Assembly: GCA_963662465.1 (NCBI GenBank)
Contig: OY759599.1
Span: forward strand, 2,496,001-2,560,000
Length of the DNA stretch: 64,000 nt
Source: Desulfatiglandales bacterium
GTDB taxonomy: Bacteria; Desulfobacterota; DSM-4660; Desulfatiglandales; Desulfatiglandaceae
Direction of reading: 5' to 3'
Shown: positions 42,058 to 52,972 of the stretch, piece after piece
Position numbering within the stretch: the first letter of the stretch is position 1
How the letters are laid out: each line of letters opens with the position of its first letter
The notes under the pieces: generated by a model
What the model was told of the DNA's origin: nothing
The model's input: only the letters and a program-made list of their open reading frames with translations
The model's database searches: none
Made by a program: the position numbers and the translations under genes

Positions 42058-44805
42058 ATGGAACCCATGACCCAAATAGTTTTCAAAAAAAAATGCAATC
42101 CCGGCGCCGTCAGCATCATTGTCCCTTTAACCGGTCATTCCAAACTGCTTAAAATATCGATCGAAAAAATAGAGAAGCATACTCCCAAGATTTATGAGCG
42201 GATATTTGTAAACCGCGGGAACACGCCTCCAAAATGGTTGATGAATTGGGTAAAAAAGAGACCAAACGACCATCTGATCGAAGCTTTAAAAGGAACAAGT
42301 CGGGCCGAATGCATGAATATGGGAATCGAGGCATCCTCAGGGGAATTCATTGTCATCATGCAAGAGCATGTGATGGTGTCGGACGGATGGTTGAACGGTA
42401 TGTTGGAATGCATTGACGGCAGGGAGGATATCGGTATTGTCGGACCCATGACAGACGCCGAAACGGCCGGAATTCAGTGCGCGGTCGATTCCGCTCATGC
42501 CAAAATCAACCCCTTTGATGAATTTGCAAGGGGGTTTCGTAAAAAGAACCGCTTCCGGCGGATACGATCACGCCAGATAGCGGATTTCTGCACCCTTTTC
42601 CGCTGGCGCCTTGTTGAACAAATAGGGCCGTTCGACGAGACCTTGGAACAGGGGAGTGAGTTTGATGACTACTGCCTTCGCGCGGCATTGGAGGGGTATC
42701 ATAACTTGATTGCGGGAGATGTAATGGTACATTGCGGCAAAATCTTTCCCGTGAATAATAAAAGAGCCTTTAAGCATAAATGGCGCGGCATCGATGCACG
42801 GAGCCGTGACGGCAAGAGGCTTGCGGTTCTAATTGCGGTAGAGGCAGCGGAAAAACTCCACCACCGGGGAGATATTGACAAGGCGATCGTAATGATGATC
42901 GAAGGGATAAAGTACCGCCCGGAGAAAAAGGCGATCTACCATGGTTTGGCCGGAATGTTAATTGACGCCGGACGCTTTAAAGAAGCCCTTGAGGCGATCA
43001 ACGCCGCTCCCGACGATAAGGGAGACGATTTAACAACCATCGAGCTGTCAGGCTATTGCAACGAAGGGATGAAACGGTATGATGAGGCGGCTCGATGTGC
43101 GGACAGGGCGCTTTCCCTGAATGCGTCCTCGGCGCCGGCGCTGAATTTGAGGGGCATGCTGGCGCACCAAAAGGGAAACAGGGACGCAGCGAAGGACTTT
43201 TTTAAAGCGGCCATTGCTTCTGATCCGGGCTACGGGGATTCGCATACAAACCTTGGAATACTTTCGTGGGAGGCCGGACATCAAGACAATGCGCTGGAAC
43301 TCCTGGAGAAAGGCTTTATCTTATCCCCAACTGTCGAGGGGTGCATAAGGGCTTATCATTTTGTTGTCTCGGAAATGGCGCAATTCAAAAGAGCGGAGAG
43401 CGTGTTTCGGGAGGCAAAGGCGTTATTCCCCCAGCACCGGCGAATCGCCTTCCTCCTGATAGACATCCTCATCCAACAAAAAAAGCATGCCTCCGCCATG
43501 CGGGAAATTCGGGAAGCCATGGTCGCCTTCGGGATCAACGACGGCATCCTTTCCGCGGCAAACGGGGTACTTGACCGGATTGATGCGGAAAAAACCAAGG
43601 ATGCTCGGAAGAAACCAAACCTGTCGCTCTGCATGATCGTCAAGAATGAAGAAAAATATCTCGCAAAATGCCTTATGAGCGCACTCCCGATTGCAGACGA
43701 GATGATCGTCGTGGATACGGGCTCGACAGACCGGACACGGGCCATAGCCAAGATCTTCGGGGCTGAGCTATACGATTTTGAATGGTGTAACGATTTTTCA
43801 CGGGCGAGGAATCTGTCGCTGTCAAAGGCCGCCGGAAGGTGGATATTCGTCATGGATGCGGATGAAGTCATATCGCCGCTCGATTATGCAGCGCTCACCA
43901 GGATAGTGAAGAAGCGCCATGATGATCCCGAGGCCTATTTTATTACAACGAGAAACTATGTCAGGCAAGCCTCCATCACCGGATGGACATGCAATGACGG
44001 ACAATACGCGGATGAAGAAGCCGGAACGGGCTGGTGGCCAACAAGGAAGGTGCGTCTTTTTACCAACCATGGATTCATACGTTTTGAAAATCCCATCCAC
44101 GAATTGGTGGAACCCTCGCTGATAAGACGGAGCATCCATATAAGGGAATGCAACATTCCGGTGCATCACTACGGTCAGCTTAACGAAGATCAACATATTG
44201 CCAAACGGGAAGCGTATTATCTGCTGGCCAAAAAAAAGGTGGCCGAGGAAGGGGATAATATCCATTTCCTGATAGAATTCGCGATTGAAGCGGGCGGACT
44301 TGAAAAATATGAAGAGGCGGTGGAATTGTGGAAAAGAGCGCTTCGGATTAACCCCTTCAACGCAAAGGCATTGCTGAGTCTCGGATATACCTACATGAAA
44401 CTGAAAAATTACGAGGAAGCACGTGTCTCGGCAAGGAAGGCGATGCTGCAGGCGCCCACCCTGAAGGAAGTGGCGGTACTTCACACCACCTGCGAACTCT
44501 TATTCGGGAATACGGGAAAGAGCGTGTCATGCCTTGAGAAACTGTTGCAAGAGACGCCGGAATACCCGATGGCCCGTTCCATACTGGCTGCGACCTACAG
44601 GATCGAAGGAGAAAAAGCGAAGAGTTTAAAACAGATCAGAACGCTCACAAAAATGGGCGTGGACTGCGCGGAATATCTGCATGACCTCTCCGGGAAGCTC
44701 GTCTCCACCGGACGAACCGGCGATGCCGTCTCGCTGCTTGAACTGGCCGTGGAAAGTGGACACGACACAAAGGATATTCGCGAGTTCCTGAGTGAGTTAA
44801 AATGA
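42058..44805 (+). CDS. GT2-TPR-GT2-TPR glycosyltransferase, paralog of the C-terminal two-thirds of 30128-34240
   Basis: LSLCMIVKNEE, FVMDADE; collinear similarity to 30128-34240. Confidence 0.85.
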   Translation: MEPMTQIVFKKKCNPGAVSIIVPLTGHSKLLKISIEKIEKHTPKIYERIFVNRGNTPPKWLMNWVKKRPNDHLIEALKGTSRAECMNMGIEASSGEFIVIMQEHVMVSDGWLNGMLECIDGREDIGIVGPMTDAETAGIQCAVDSAHAKINPFDEFARGFRKKNRFRRIRSRQIADFCTLFRWRLVEQIGPFDETLEQGSEFDDYCLRAALEGYHNLIAGDVMVHCGKIFPVNNKRAFKHKWRGIDARSRDGKRLAVLIAVEAAEKLHHRGDIDKAIVMMIEGIKYRPEKKAIYHGLAGMLIDAGRFKEALEAINAAPDDKGDDLTTIELSGYCNEGMKRYDEAARCADRALSLNASSAPALNLRGMLAHQKGNRDAAKDFFKAAIASDPGYGDSHTNLGILSWEAGHQDNALELLEKGFILSPTVEGCIRAYHFVVSEMAQFKRAESVFREAKALFPQHRRIAFLLIDILIQQKKHASAMREIREAMVAFGINDGILSAANGVLDRIDAEKTKDARKKPNLSLCMIVKNEEKYLAKCLMSALPIADEMIVVDTGSTDRTRAIAKIFGAELYDFEWCNDFSRARNLSLSKAAGRWIFVMDADEVISPLDYAALTRIVKKRHDDPEAYFITTRNYVRQASITGWTCNDGQYADEEAGTGWWPTRKVRLFTNHGFIRFENPIHELVEPSLIRRSIHIRECNIPVHHYGQLNEDQHIAKREAYYLLAKKKVAEEGDNIHFLIEFAIEAGGLEKYEEAVELWKRALRINPFNAKALLSLGYTYMKLKNYEEARVSARKAMLQAPTLKEVAVLHTTCELLFGNTGKSVSCLEKLLQETPEYPMARSILAATYRIEGEKAKSLKQIRTLTKMGVDCAEYLHDLSGKLVSTGRTGDAVSLLELAVESGHDTKDIREFLSELK

Positions 44806-44847
44806 GGCAACCCTTTTGTTTTAAAAAGCGGAAGAGGATCAGGAATC

Positions 44848-46551
44848 ATGCCGGAGAATGTGGCTTCGGGACATCACGAAACAGATCTTCAGTTCAAAAA
44901 GGCGCTCGAATACTATCGACTCGGCCATGTTCATCAAGCTGAGAAAATATGCAAAGAAATATGCTATACCGCCTGTGACCATGCACCTGCCTTGCACCTG
45001 CTTGGCATGACGGCATACCGGAGGAATCGGTATGATGTCGCAGTGAACCATATTGCCGCGGCCGTTCATATCAGCCCGGACAATGCCACGTACCAAAATG
45101 ACCTCGGCAATGCCTTCCTTGCTCAGGAAAAGTTCGATGAAGCCATATCGTGTTATCGAGACGCATTGAAACTGGACCCGAGTTTTGTCCGGGCATACTG
45201 CCGTTTGAGCGTCGCACTGACGAGGAAGGGACTGCTTGACGAAGCGCTTCAAAGCCTCAGTATAGCACTCAAACTCAAGCCTGATTATACCGATGCCCTG
45301 TATCAGGCAGGCTGCATATTGAATCAGAAAAACAAACCGGCAGAAGCGATCAACTGCTTTGAAAAACTACTAACGTTAGAGCCTGGAAGGGCCGAGGCCT
45401 TCTTTGCGTTGGGTACTGCACTGAGCGCGCTTGACAGGGAAGATGCTGCGATGGCTTCTTATGGGAAAGCGCTTTCAATTGCGCCCGATCATGCCTATGC
45501 CCTGAATAATATCGGGTTATTGCTCAAGGAACGGGGCGAGATAGATGATGCAGCGGCCCTGTACCGGAAAGCGATAGAGACCAACGCTGATTTAGAGGGA
45601 GTTCACTGGAACCTTTCTCACGTCTTTTTGCTGACAGGCCGGTTTGAAGCGGGCTGGAAGGAATTCGAATGGCGGTTAAAAAAAGACGACTGGCAAAAGG
45701 CAAATCTCAGGCATTGTAAAGCGCCTCTCTGGAAGGGTGAATCTCTCCGGGGAAAAACCCTGTTCATTCACGATGAACAGGGTCTGGGCGATACCCTGCA
45801 ATTCATACGCTACCTTCCGATGGTCAAGGCGCTCGGCGGAAATACCCTCTTTGAAACCCAAAAATCGCTGATGGGGCTTTTGAAAGACTTTCCGGGAATC
45901 GATCGCTTGTTGCCGCGATCCACAAAAGGCGTATTGCCGAAAGATATGGACTTTTATGTACCCCTCCTGAGCCTGCCGGCCATATTCAATACCAACCTTT
46001 ATACCATACCGGATACGGTTCCCTACCTTCATGCCGATGCCGGAAAGGCGAAATACTGGAAAGAACAGCTCAAAGGGCCACCTTTCAAAGTGGGGATCGT
46101 ATGGGCGGGAGCGCCTAAACACTGTAATGACCGGAACCGCTCGTGCAGCTTAAAGCAATTTGAACCGCTTGCAAAAATCACGGGGGTGCGGGTAATCGGA
46201 ATACAGAAGGGAAAAGCGGCTGAACAGGTCGACGATCTATGTGCAAACATTGAGATCGTTAATTATGGACCCAAGCTCGAGGATTTTACCGATACCATGG
46301 GCCTCATTGAGAATCTGGATCTGGTTATCTCCGTGGATACAGCCGTAGCCCATCTGGCAGGCGCAATGGGCAAACCAGTCTGGACACTGCTCCCCTTTTC
46401 ACCGGACTGGCGCTGGCTTTTGAATCGAACCGACACCCCATGGTATCCAAGCATGCGGCTTTATCGTCAGGAAAGAAAGGGTGCCTGGGCGCCGGTGTTT
46501 GAACGGGTTCTAAAAGACCTGCGCGAACTGGTTTCAGAAAAATCATATTGA
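44848..46551 (+). CDS. TPR protein with GT9-like domain, paralog of 35157-36764
   Basis: DEQGLGDTLQF, LDLVISVDTAVAHLAGAMG. Confidence 0.85.
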   Translation: MPENVASGHHETDLQFKKALEYYRLGHVHQAEKICKEICYTACDHAPALHLLGMTAYRRNRYDVAVNHIAAAVHISPDNATYQNDLGNAFLAQEKFDEAISCYRDALKLDPSFVRAYCRLSVALTRKGLLDEALQSLSIALKLKPDYTDALYQAGCILNQKNKPAEAINCFEKLLTLEPGRAEAFFALGTALSALDREDAAMASYGKALSIAPDHAYALNNIGLLLKERGEIDDAAALYRKAIETNADLEGVHWNLSHVFLLTGRFEAGWKEFEWRLKKDDWQKANLRHCKAPLWKGESLRGKTLFIHDEQGLGDTLQFIRYLPMVKALGGNTLFETQKSLMGLLKDFPGIDRLLPRSTKGVLPKDMDFYVPLLSLPAIFNTNLYTIPDTVPYLHADAGKAKYWKEQLKGPPFKVGIVWAGAPKHCNDRNRSCSLKQFEPLAKITGVRVIGIQKGKAAEQVDDLCANIEIVNYGPKLEDFTDTMGLIENLDLVISVDTAVAHLAGAMGKPVWTLLPFSPDWRWLLNRTDTPWYPSMRLYRQERKGAWAPVFERVLKDLRELVSEKSY

Positions 46552-48390
46552 CATCACAACCGGCGCAAGGATTTCAAGATAGGTCTTCATGGTTTGGACT
46601 TTATGGGAAACCAGCGCCTGTGAACGCTGTCGAACATCAAAATTAAGAAGCCTGCCGATCACATCGTCCGCTGAATCAGACGAAGGATCGATATATTCGG
46701 CAAGAAATCCGTCCACGGTGCTTGAACGTGCGGAATGCTTGATGACGAAAGAGGGGATGCCTAAAGATGCCGCGATACCCGCCCCATGCACTCGCGTTGT
46801 TACAATCAGATTGAACCTGTCGTAAATGTCGAAATAGTCGCCGGAATCATAGGAATAATGGATCGGGACCCCAAGTTCAGAAAGGGGATTCAGCTCATCG
46901 ATATAATGACAAATCACCTCACACTGAAATTTCTGGATCAATTTCTGGAACAAAGCGAAGGTGTAAGGGTAAATCCCTTTGGCTGAAGGCGGTTGCAGGG
47001 AAGCGTCAGGTTGGGTGGATAATCCTATTCTGAGGGTCTTCCCGCTTCTCACACGCTCTGTCTTGGAGGAAAAAAGAGCCGGGCACGGCAGCTTGAGGGC
47101 ATTCAAGGAACCCAAGAGCTTTTGGGCCTGATCATCTCTGACCGTAACGACAGCGGCCCGTTCCAAGACCTTTCTATCGGCATCGGATAATTGATGAAAT
47201 GTCAGGCTCTCCCGTCTCTCAAATCCGCCAACACCCAGATACATCACCGGAATGTTGCTGTCCTGAAGCTGAAACGTCAAGGGACTCACCATCGGACCAA
47301 ACCATTCAGGCGTTCCGGCAAAAATGCAACAATCAACAAAATCCAAAGAATGCCGCTGAGTCCATGAGTTATCCCAGCGCCAATTCGTTTCCTTGATATA
47401 TTGAGACAGATCAACATCCATCTCCTGGGATTGCTCTCCTTTGCCTACCCTCAACCTCGGTTTTGAAAACAGGAGCCGTTGCACATGAAGATCCGGATTT
47501 CGATTGTATGCCATGAAGTTTCCGCAGGGCAGTAGCCGTTCAATCAAACGTCTGATGCCGAAAGCAATGAAATCATCCCCACAATTCCACATTCTGGTTG
47601 TTGAAAGCAAAAAAATTTTCCGCGATTCAGTCACATTTTTCTCAGTCCGATGACGGTTTCCGACTAAAGAAATATCCGCCGATTCCAGTTTGTAACCCGC
47701 ATCGGCTAAACATGGGCCGTGAAGATGGATAAAAGCCTCTTTCTGTCGATCGGAAAAAACGTCTTTCCACCCCCCGACAATACCTCTTGGCCGTTCATGC
47801 GACTTGATTTTTTCAATAAGCTGTTGCGTGTATTTTATGGCGCATTTTAGCATCAAAGTTTCGTCAATGTCCGAAGCGCCAACAAATTTTAACATTCTTT
47901 CAACCCAATATAGTGTATTTTTTCTGACATCTTCATATCTTACCACCATCACATTCTCTTTGTTCATGTAAGATCCGACATTCTCACTCCAGGTCCCCAT
48001 CCATGACCCTAAATACAATTCCCTGGGACTGTTCATATCTCCGCAAACGACATGTCTTTGAAAATAATCGTCCCAACTTTCCGCGTAACCCCGGTGATCC
48101 ATATTAAAATGGTAATAGGAATAAATGGCATCTCTCCCATCTCTTATCAAATAAATAATGGGGACATCCGGATAGCAAGTTTCCCACTTCCCATGACTCT
48201 TGGCTATATGGTGATGCTCATTTTCTTTCAGAATCGATTGCGGAATAATCAAATGAGTCGAAAAAGAATTGCCTTGCGCATCCTTGGAAAAAACCGGATT
48301 GACATCTAATCCTTTTGCCCCCAGAATTTCCATCAGCATCAAACGAATCCAAGTGTTACCGGATCTTGGAAAAGAATTCACATAATACAT
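46543..48390 (-). CDS. Sulfotransferase fused to a polysaccharide pyruvyl-transferase-like domain
   Basis: SFPRSGNTW and YLIRDGRDAIYS PAPS-binding motifs; NCGDDFI, VTVRD, TTRVHG. Confidence 0.75.
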   Translation of the reverse strand: MYYVNSFPRSGNTWIRLMLMEILGAKGLDVNPVFSKDAQGNSFSTHLIIPQSILKENEHHHIAKSHGKWETCYPDVPIIYLIRDGRDAIYSYYHFNMDHRGYAESWDDYFQRHVVCGDMNSPRELYLGSWMGTWSENVGSYMNKENVMVVRYEDVRKNTLYWVERMLKFVGASDIDETLMLKCAIKYTQQLIEKIKSHERPRGIVGGWKDVFSDRQKEAFIHLHGPCLADAGYKLESADISLVGNRHRTEKNVTESRKIFLLSTTRMWNCGDDFIAFGIRRLIERLLPCGNFMAYNRNPDLHVQRLLFSKPRLRVGKGEQSQEMDVDLSQYIKETNWRWDNSWTQRHSLDFVDCCIFAGTPEWFGPMVSPLTFQLQDSNIPVMYLGVGGFERRESLTFHQLSDADRKVLERAAVVTVRDDQAQKLLGSLNALKLPCPALFSSKTERVRSGKTLRIGLSTQPDASLQPPSAKGIYPYTFALFQKLIQKFQCEVICHYIDELNPLSELGVPIHYSYDSGDYFDIYDRFNLIVTTRVHGAGIAASLGIPSFVIKHSARSSTVDGFLAEYIDPSSDSADDVIGRLLNFDVRQRSQALVSHKVQTMKTYLEILAPVVMSI

Positions 48391-48435
48391 TGTGATACCT
48401 CCGAAAAATCAAAGATGTAAAAAAAGCCCCAACCC

Positions 48436-48730
48436 GGATGGCCACTTTAAAATCCCCCACTTGTGGCCACCCCAAAATCCCCCACCTGTGAAGGAGTTTG
48501 TGTAGGATCTTGACCGTGGCAATGGAAAGATCTTCAGCGACAGAACGATTACAATTTATTCTTTTTTCTTCCCTATGGCAAGCTTTTCTGCAGCCTCCTT
48601 TAGCCTGTAGCTTTTTCCTTCAAATTTGAGCAAATGGCCTCGGTGGAGCAACCTGTCAAGGATCGCAGAGGATGCGGCATTGTCTCTGAGCAGTTTACCC
48701 CAGTCCTCCACCGGACGGTTTGATGTTGTT
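48436..48730 (-). mobile_element. istB: IS21-family remnant (one end plus istB C-terminus)
   Basis: Repeated TGGCCAC..AAAATCCCCCAC terminal motifs; TTSNRP..W...AILDRLLH...GKSYR. Confidence 0.8.
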
Positions 48731-49193
48731 TGGGGTTTGCCGATGATCAAAAAAAGTATCTCTACAACAATTTCCAATATATTTTAGACGACCATGCACG
48801 AAAATACGGTATTGCCTACACCTACGAAGATCCGAAAAACCGATTTGCACAACTGATCCGGACACTGCATGAGATGTCCAAAATGCACGTTCTGGTGCTG
48901 TTGGATGAATACGACAAGCCCTTCTGAACAACATTTCAAACACGCAAACCGCCATTGCGACCCGCGAAGAATTGAAAAACCTCTATTCCGTTATCAAGGC
49001 CTGTGACCGGGTTTATCTCTTTGAGTTGAAGTTGGTGGCGCTGGTGGGGACCGGGAGCCCGCTTCATCAGCTCAAGGAAAAGAAATATCATGAGAAATAC
49101 GCGGGAAAGGACATCTATCTGCCGGGCATTGAATTCAGCCTTGAAGATCGAAATGTTTTCAATTTTGAGTGGGAATTTCTGCCGACCTTCTGA
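48731..49193 (+). pseudogene. Internally deleted AAA/PD-(D/E)XK paralog
   Basis: Matches about 26960-27244 joined to 28058-28242. Confidence 0.85.
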
Positions 49194-49319
49194 TTGAGCG
49201 TAAGGAGAATAAGACGGAAATATGGGCATCCTTCACTTAAGGCCTTACAATTTCCGACAATGAGCTATAAATTATAAATAGCCGCAAAAAGGCGCAGAAG
49301 TATTCATTTTACATATTTA

Positions 49320-51209
49320 GTGTCTGAACGGTATCCCATTTTCTATTGATTTGTCAACTGCTTACGACACATATGGTCATCCGGATTTCTCCAAATTATT
49401 TATTTTTGAGCCCATTTTTCCCTTTACAAAATTAATCATAAATGCTATATATTGATACGAATTACTTACGTATGGTTTAAAATAATGACGCAAAGCGTCA
49501 TGATTTTGCAAAGATTCGGAGGAAAATATTATGCGAGAGGTATTCCAAAGCCAAATGAGATTCGGCGAAGTAGCAATCAGTGACATTGAATTTGACGTCC
49601 GCTCTCGCGATGAAATCCCGAAACTGCTCATTGGTCTGCAAGCGATATACTGTGACCTCGACGTTCGCCCAAAGGTTTTTGCTGCACTCACAGATTTGGT
49701 TCCCGCCAATATCAATCCTAATAACGGACGAAGAGGTATGGACCTGTGGAAAATTCTTGTTTTGGGAACCTTGAGATTGTCCTGCAACTGGGATTACGAT
49801 AAATTAATGGAAATCGCCAATAATCATCTATCATTACGATTGATGCTCGGTCACAGCATCATGGATAACGACTTCCGTTATGCTTTGCAAACTTTGAAGG
49901 ACAACGTGTCGCTCTTTACACCTGAAATTCTTGATAAAATTAACCAGATTGTCCTTAAGTATGGGCATGAAATTGTTGGGATGAAGCCTGGTGAAAAGCT
50001 GAATGCGAGCTGTGATTCTTTTGTTTTGGAAACGGATGTTCACTATCCGACAGACATCAATCTCTTGTGGGATGCCATGCGGAAAATGATCCTGTCGATT
50101 GTGTTCTTATGTGTTCAAGCAGGATTGCCTGGATGGCGCAAAAGCGATAACCTGTTAAAAAAAACCAAAAAGCTTTTTCGAAAGGCTCAACTGACGAAGC
50201 GGTCCACTTCAAAAAATAAGGAAAAGAAAGCCAAAAGGGAACAATTGATTATTGCAGCCCATATTGCATACCTTGATTTGGCCCAAGATATCATCAATAA
50301 GGTAAAAGAGACCCTTTTAGCGGCGTTATCGCCTGCGGACATTATTGTTCAGTTGAAGATACAGCAAATCCAAGGGTACATTGCCCATGCTGAACGGCAG
50401 ATTGATCAAATTCGCAGAAGGGTCGTGGAAGGAGAAAGTATTCCTCATCATGAAAAAGTTTTCTCCATTTTTGAGGAGCATACCGAGTGGATCAGCAAGG
50501 GCAAGGCTGGCATATCACAAGAACTGGGACTCAGGGTCTGCATTGTCAAAGATCAATTTGGCTTCATTCTACACTATCGGGTTATGCAAAATGAAACGGA
50601 TGATAAAATTGCAGTCCCCATCATTCAAGAAACGAAAGATCGCTTCGCTGAGCTTGCCAGTTGCAGCTTTGACAAGGGTTTTCACAGTCCGGAAAACCAG
50701 GAAAAACTGCGAGACCTCCTAGATCGAGTGGTGCTTCCCCGCAAGGGCAAGTTGTCTGCCATCAACAAGGAGATCGAAAATTCTGAAGATTTTCGTGAGG
50801 TCCGGAGAAAGCATTCCGCAGTAGAATCCAGCATAAACGCTCTTGAAAACCATGGGCTGGATCGCTGCCGAGACCATGGGATAAAAGGGTTTAAGCGCTA
50901 CGTGGGGTTGGCCGTTCTTGCGCGAAATATCCAAATCATCGGCCACGTTCTCCAACAAAAAAAGCTGAAGCAAGTACAACGATTGGAAAAAATGCAAAAG
51001 AGACGGCTTAAAGCGGCCGCGTAGTCTCAATTTTTAATTCTTGTTTTACTTCACATGGACGAGTATGCCCAATTTCGCTCAATTTAGTCCATTAAAGCTC
51101 AATCCCAAAAAGCATGTCAATTTTTAATAGAAAACTTCGATTCCCCGGCAAGGTTATTCCGATATTTCCGTCCTATCAGGCTGAAGATTACGGGTTTTCG
51201 TTCAGGCAC
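49320..51209 (+). mobile_element. ISNCY (ISDol1-group-like) element, 1890 bp
   Basis: IR GTGTCTGAACG / GTGCCTGAACG; 6-bp target duplication TATTTA. Confidence 0.85.
49531..51024 (+). CDS. ISNCY family transposase
   Basis: CDSFVLETDVHYPTD, CSFDKGF, HSAVESSINALE. Confidence 0.85.
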   Translation: MREVFQSQMRFGEVAISDIEFDVRSRDEIPKLLIGLQAIYCDLDVRPKVFAALTDLVPANINPNNGRRGMDLWKILVLGTLRLSCNWDYDKLMEIANNHLSLRLMLGHSIMDNDFRYALQTLKDNVSLFTPEILDKINQIVLKYGHEIVGMKPGEKLNASCDSFVLETDVHYPTDINLLWDAMRKMILSIVFLCVQAGLPGWRKSDNLLKKTKKLFRKAQLTKRSTSKNKEKKAKREQLIIAAHIAYLDLAQDIINKVKETLLAALSPADIIVQLKIQQIQGYIAHAERQIDQIRRRVVEGESIPHHEKVFSIFEEHTEWISKGKAGISQELGLRVCIVKDQFGFILHYRVMQNETDDKIAVPIIQETKDRFAELASCSFDKGFHSPENQEKLRDLLDRVVLPRKGKLSAINKEIENSEDFREVRRKHSAVESSINALENHGLDRCRDHGIKGFKRYVGLAVLARNIQIIGHVLQQKKLKQVQRLEKMQKRRLKAAA

Positions 51210-51223
51210 TATTTATTTTTGCT

Positions 51224-51413
51224 ATAAACGCCCATGACAAGGGGTTTTTTGACACCCCGGCAGAAAAATGATGGCTGAACCCATATCGCCTGTTTTCATG
51301 GTAAACGCTCATGGCAAGAGGATTTGCCACCCCCACGCATGAAAATGACATCTACCGCTTTTAAGCTAACAGCTAACGGCTAATAGCTAACAGCTGTATT
51401 TTCATGGTAAATC
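51224..51413. repeat. Two tandem non-coding units ending TTTTCATGGTAAA; the second forms a bulged hairpin around an AGCTAAC heptamer array
   Basis: 51224-51270 resembles 51301-51347; CATGAAAAT / ATTTTCATG inverted pair. Confidence 0.65.
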
Positions 51414-51460
51414 ACCGCATTGTGGTGTATGGTTATTACAATAAGAATTGAGAAAGGAGA

Positions 51461-52147
51461 ATGCACATGGAAGCTCATGCCAGAGAAGAAATCAAAAAAA
51501 TTATCATAGCAGAACTTCCTGAATTGATGAAGATTGATCCGGATATACGTAACTTCATATTGAATGTGACGCATGAAAGCTATTCGAGCAAACGAGAAAC
51601 CGAAAGTCGTTTTGACCGGATCATGGACGAGTTAAAGAGGGACCGTGAAGCCCGTGATAAGAAATGGGAGACACAGGATAAGAAATGGGAAGAAAACCAG
51701 TGTGTCATCAACGAGATGCTTGTATCGATCCAGAAACTTGACCAGAAACACGAGGCTACCATAGGCGCTCTTGGGGCAAGATGGGGCCTGAATTCTGAAT
51801 CTGCGTTTCGAAAGGGTCTGAGGGCTATTCTGGAAGGGTCCTTTGGGGTGAAGGTGGAGAGATATGAAGACTACGACCATGAGGGAACGGTATTCGGGCG
51901 ACCGGAGCAGGTTGAGTTGGATGTGATCATTCATAACGGAACCCTGATTCTGTGCGAGATCAAATCGTCCATGAGCAAATCGGATATGTACAGTTTCTGG
52001 CGCAAGAAAAATTTCTATGAAAACAAGCATAACCGCAAGACCAGCCGGCTCATGGTTATTTCGCCCATGATAGATGATTATGCCAGGTCCGCTGCAAAGG
52101 ATCTGGGTATCGAGGTTTACGGATATGCCGATAGCGTCAAGCTTTAG
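51461..52147 (+). CDS. DUF3782-type PD-(D/E)XK nuclease-fold protein, short coiled coil
   Basis: IGALGARWG..SESAFR, VELDVII...LCEIKSS. Confidence 0.8.
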   Translation: MHMEAHAREEIKKIIIAELPELMKIDPDIRNFILNVTHESYSSKRETESRFDRIMDELKRDREARDKKWETQDKKWEENQCVINEMLVSIQKLDQKHEATIGALGARWGLNSESAFRKGLRAILEGSFGVKVERYEDYDHEGTVFGRPEQVELDVIIHNGTLILCEIKSSMSKSDMYSFWRKKNFYENKHNRKTSRLMVISPMIDDYARSAAKDLGIEVYGYADSVKL

Positions 52148-52634
52148 ATGCGTCAGAGTGGAATAAATGCGGAGGGAAGTTTAACCAAAGCCGCAAGCCA
52201 GGTATCGGATGTGCTGATTTAACAATGGTTCAAAACGATACTGCATGGTTACCGGTGGCATGGGCGAAAGATTTTTCACCCCTACGAAGGCCCCAATGAA
52301 TATCCCATCAATAATTAAGGCGATCTGCTTTTGATGTCTTGCAGGCGTATTTTTTTGTGATCGTTTGCTGGGACGCCGTCTTCTCATCCTGTTCATCGTG
52401 TTAAATCCTGTGAATCGTGTTCAAGACGGGGAGAAAGCCAATAATGGCGTATCCCCCTTTTCCCGAGTTCCGCGTAGGAATGAATTAGAATAGGGCTTTG
52501 GCTAAGCTATCCCGGCTTGCGACCGTAGCCTCATTTTCTATCCTTCCTTACTGATTATCAAATCAACCAATTCGACGTTACAGGAAATATGAGAGGTGTC
52601 AATAAGGTGGAAGCACAAGGGTACTAAACATTCC

Positions 52635-52663
52635 TTGACGGAATTACCCTATAAGGTTAACGT
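52635..52663 (+). promoter_or_regulatory. Sigma-70 promoter with MqsA-box-like palindrome
   Basis: TTGACG-N17-TAACGT overlapping TACCCT-ATA-AGGTTA. Confidence 0.6.
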
Positions 52664-52668
52664 TCATT

Positions 52669-52971
52669 ATGGAAAAGCGAAAACCGCATTATGATCTTTC
52701 AACTGTGCAATCCGCGGTTTGTTTACGTGGTGCGGACGCTTTTACCGCAACAGCATTGATTGGCGCCCAGGCAATGGGGCTTGAAATTGCTCAGGCGATA
52801 GAAATAGTCTGTTTCATGAATCGATCCGATTTTTACAAAAGCATGACGACCCATTCGTCAAGCCAAATTTGGCAGGATGTTTATCATCCGGAAACGCCTG
52901 CCGGGATAGCCTATGTGAAGGTCACGTTACGCCATGATGGGTCTATAGTGATCCAGTTCAAGGAGAAATGA
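52669..52971 (+). CDS. mqsR: MqsR family toxin (mRNA interferase)
   Basis: MEKRKPHYDL, FYKSMTT...WQDVYHP, IVIQFKEK. Confidence 0.95.
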   Translation: MEKRKPHYDLSTVQSAVCLRGADAFTATALIGAQAMGLEIAQAIEIVCFMNRSDFYKSMTTHSSSQIWQDVYHPETPAGIAYVKVTLRHDGSIVIQFKEK

Positions 52972-52972
52972 A

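Noticed and set aside
52181..52396. Duplicated minus-strand ORF (also 54776-55039)
   Set aside because: Starts within the repeat arm and has no recognisable domain; conservation is explained by the DNA duplication
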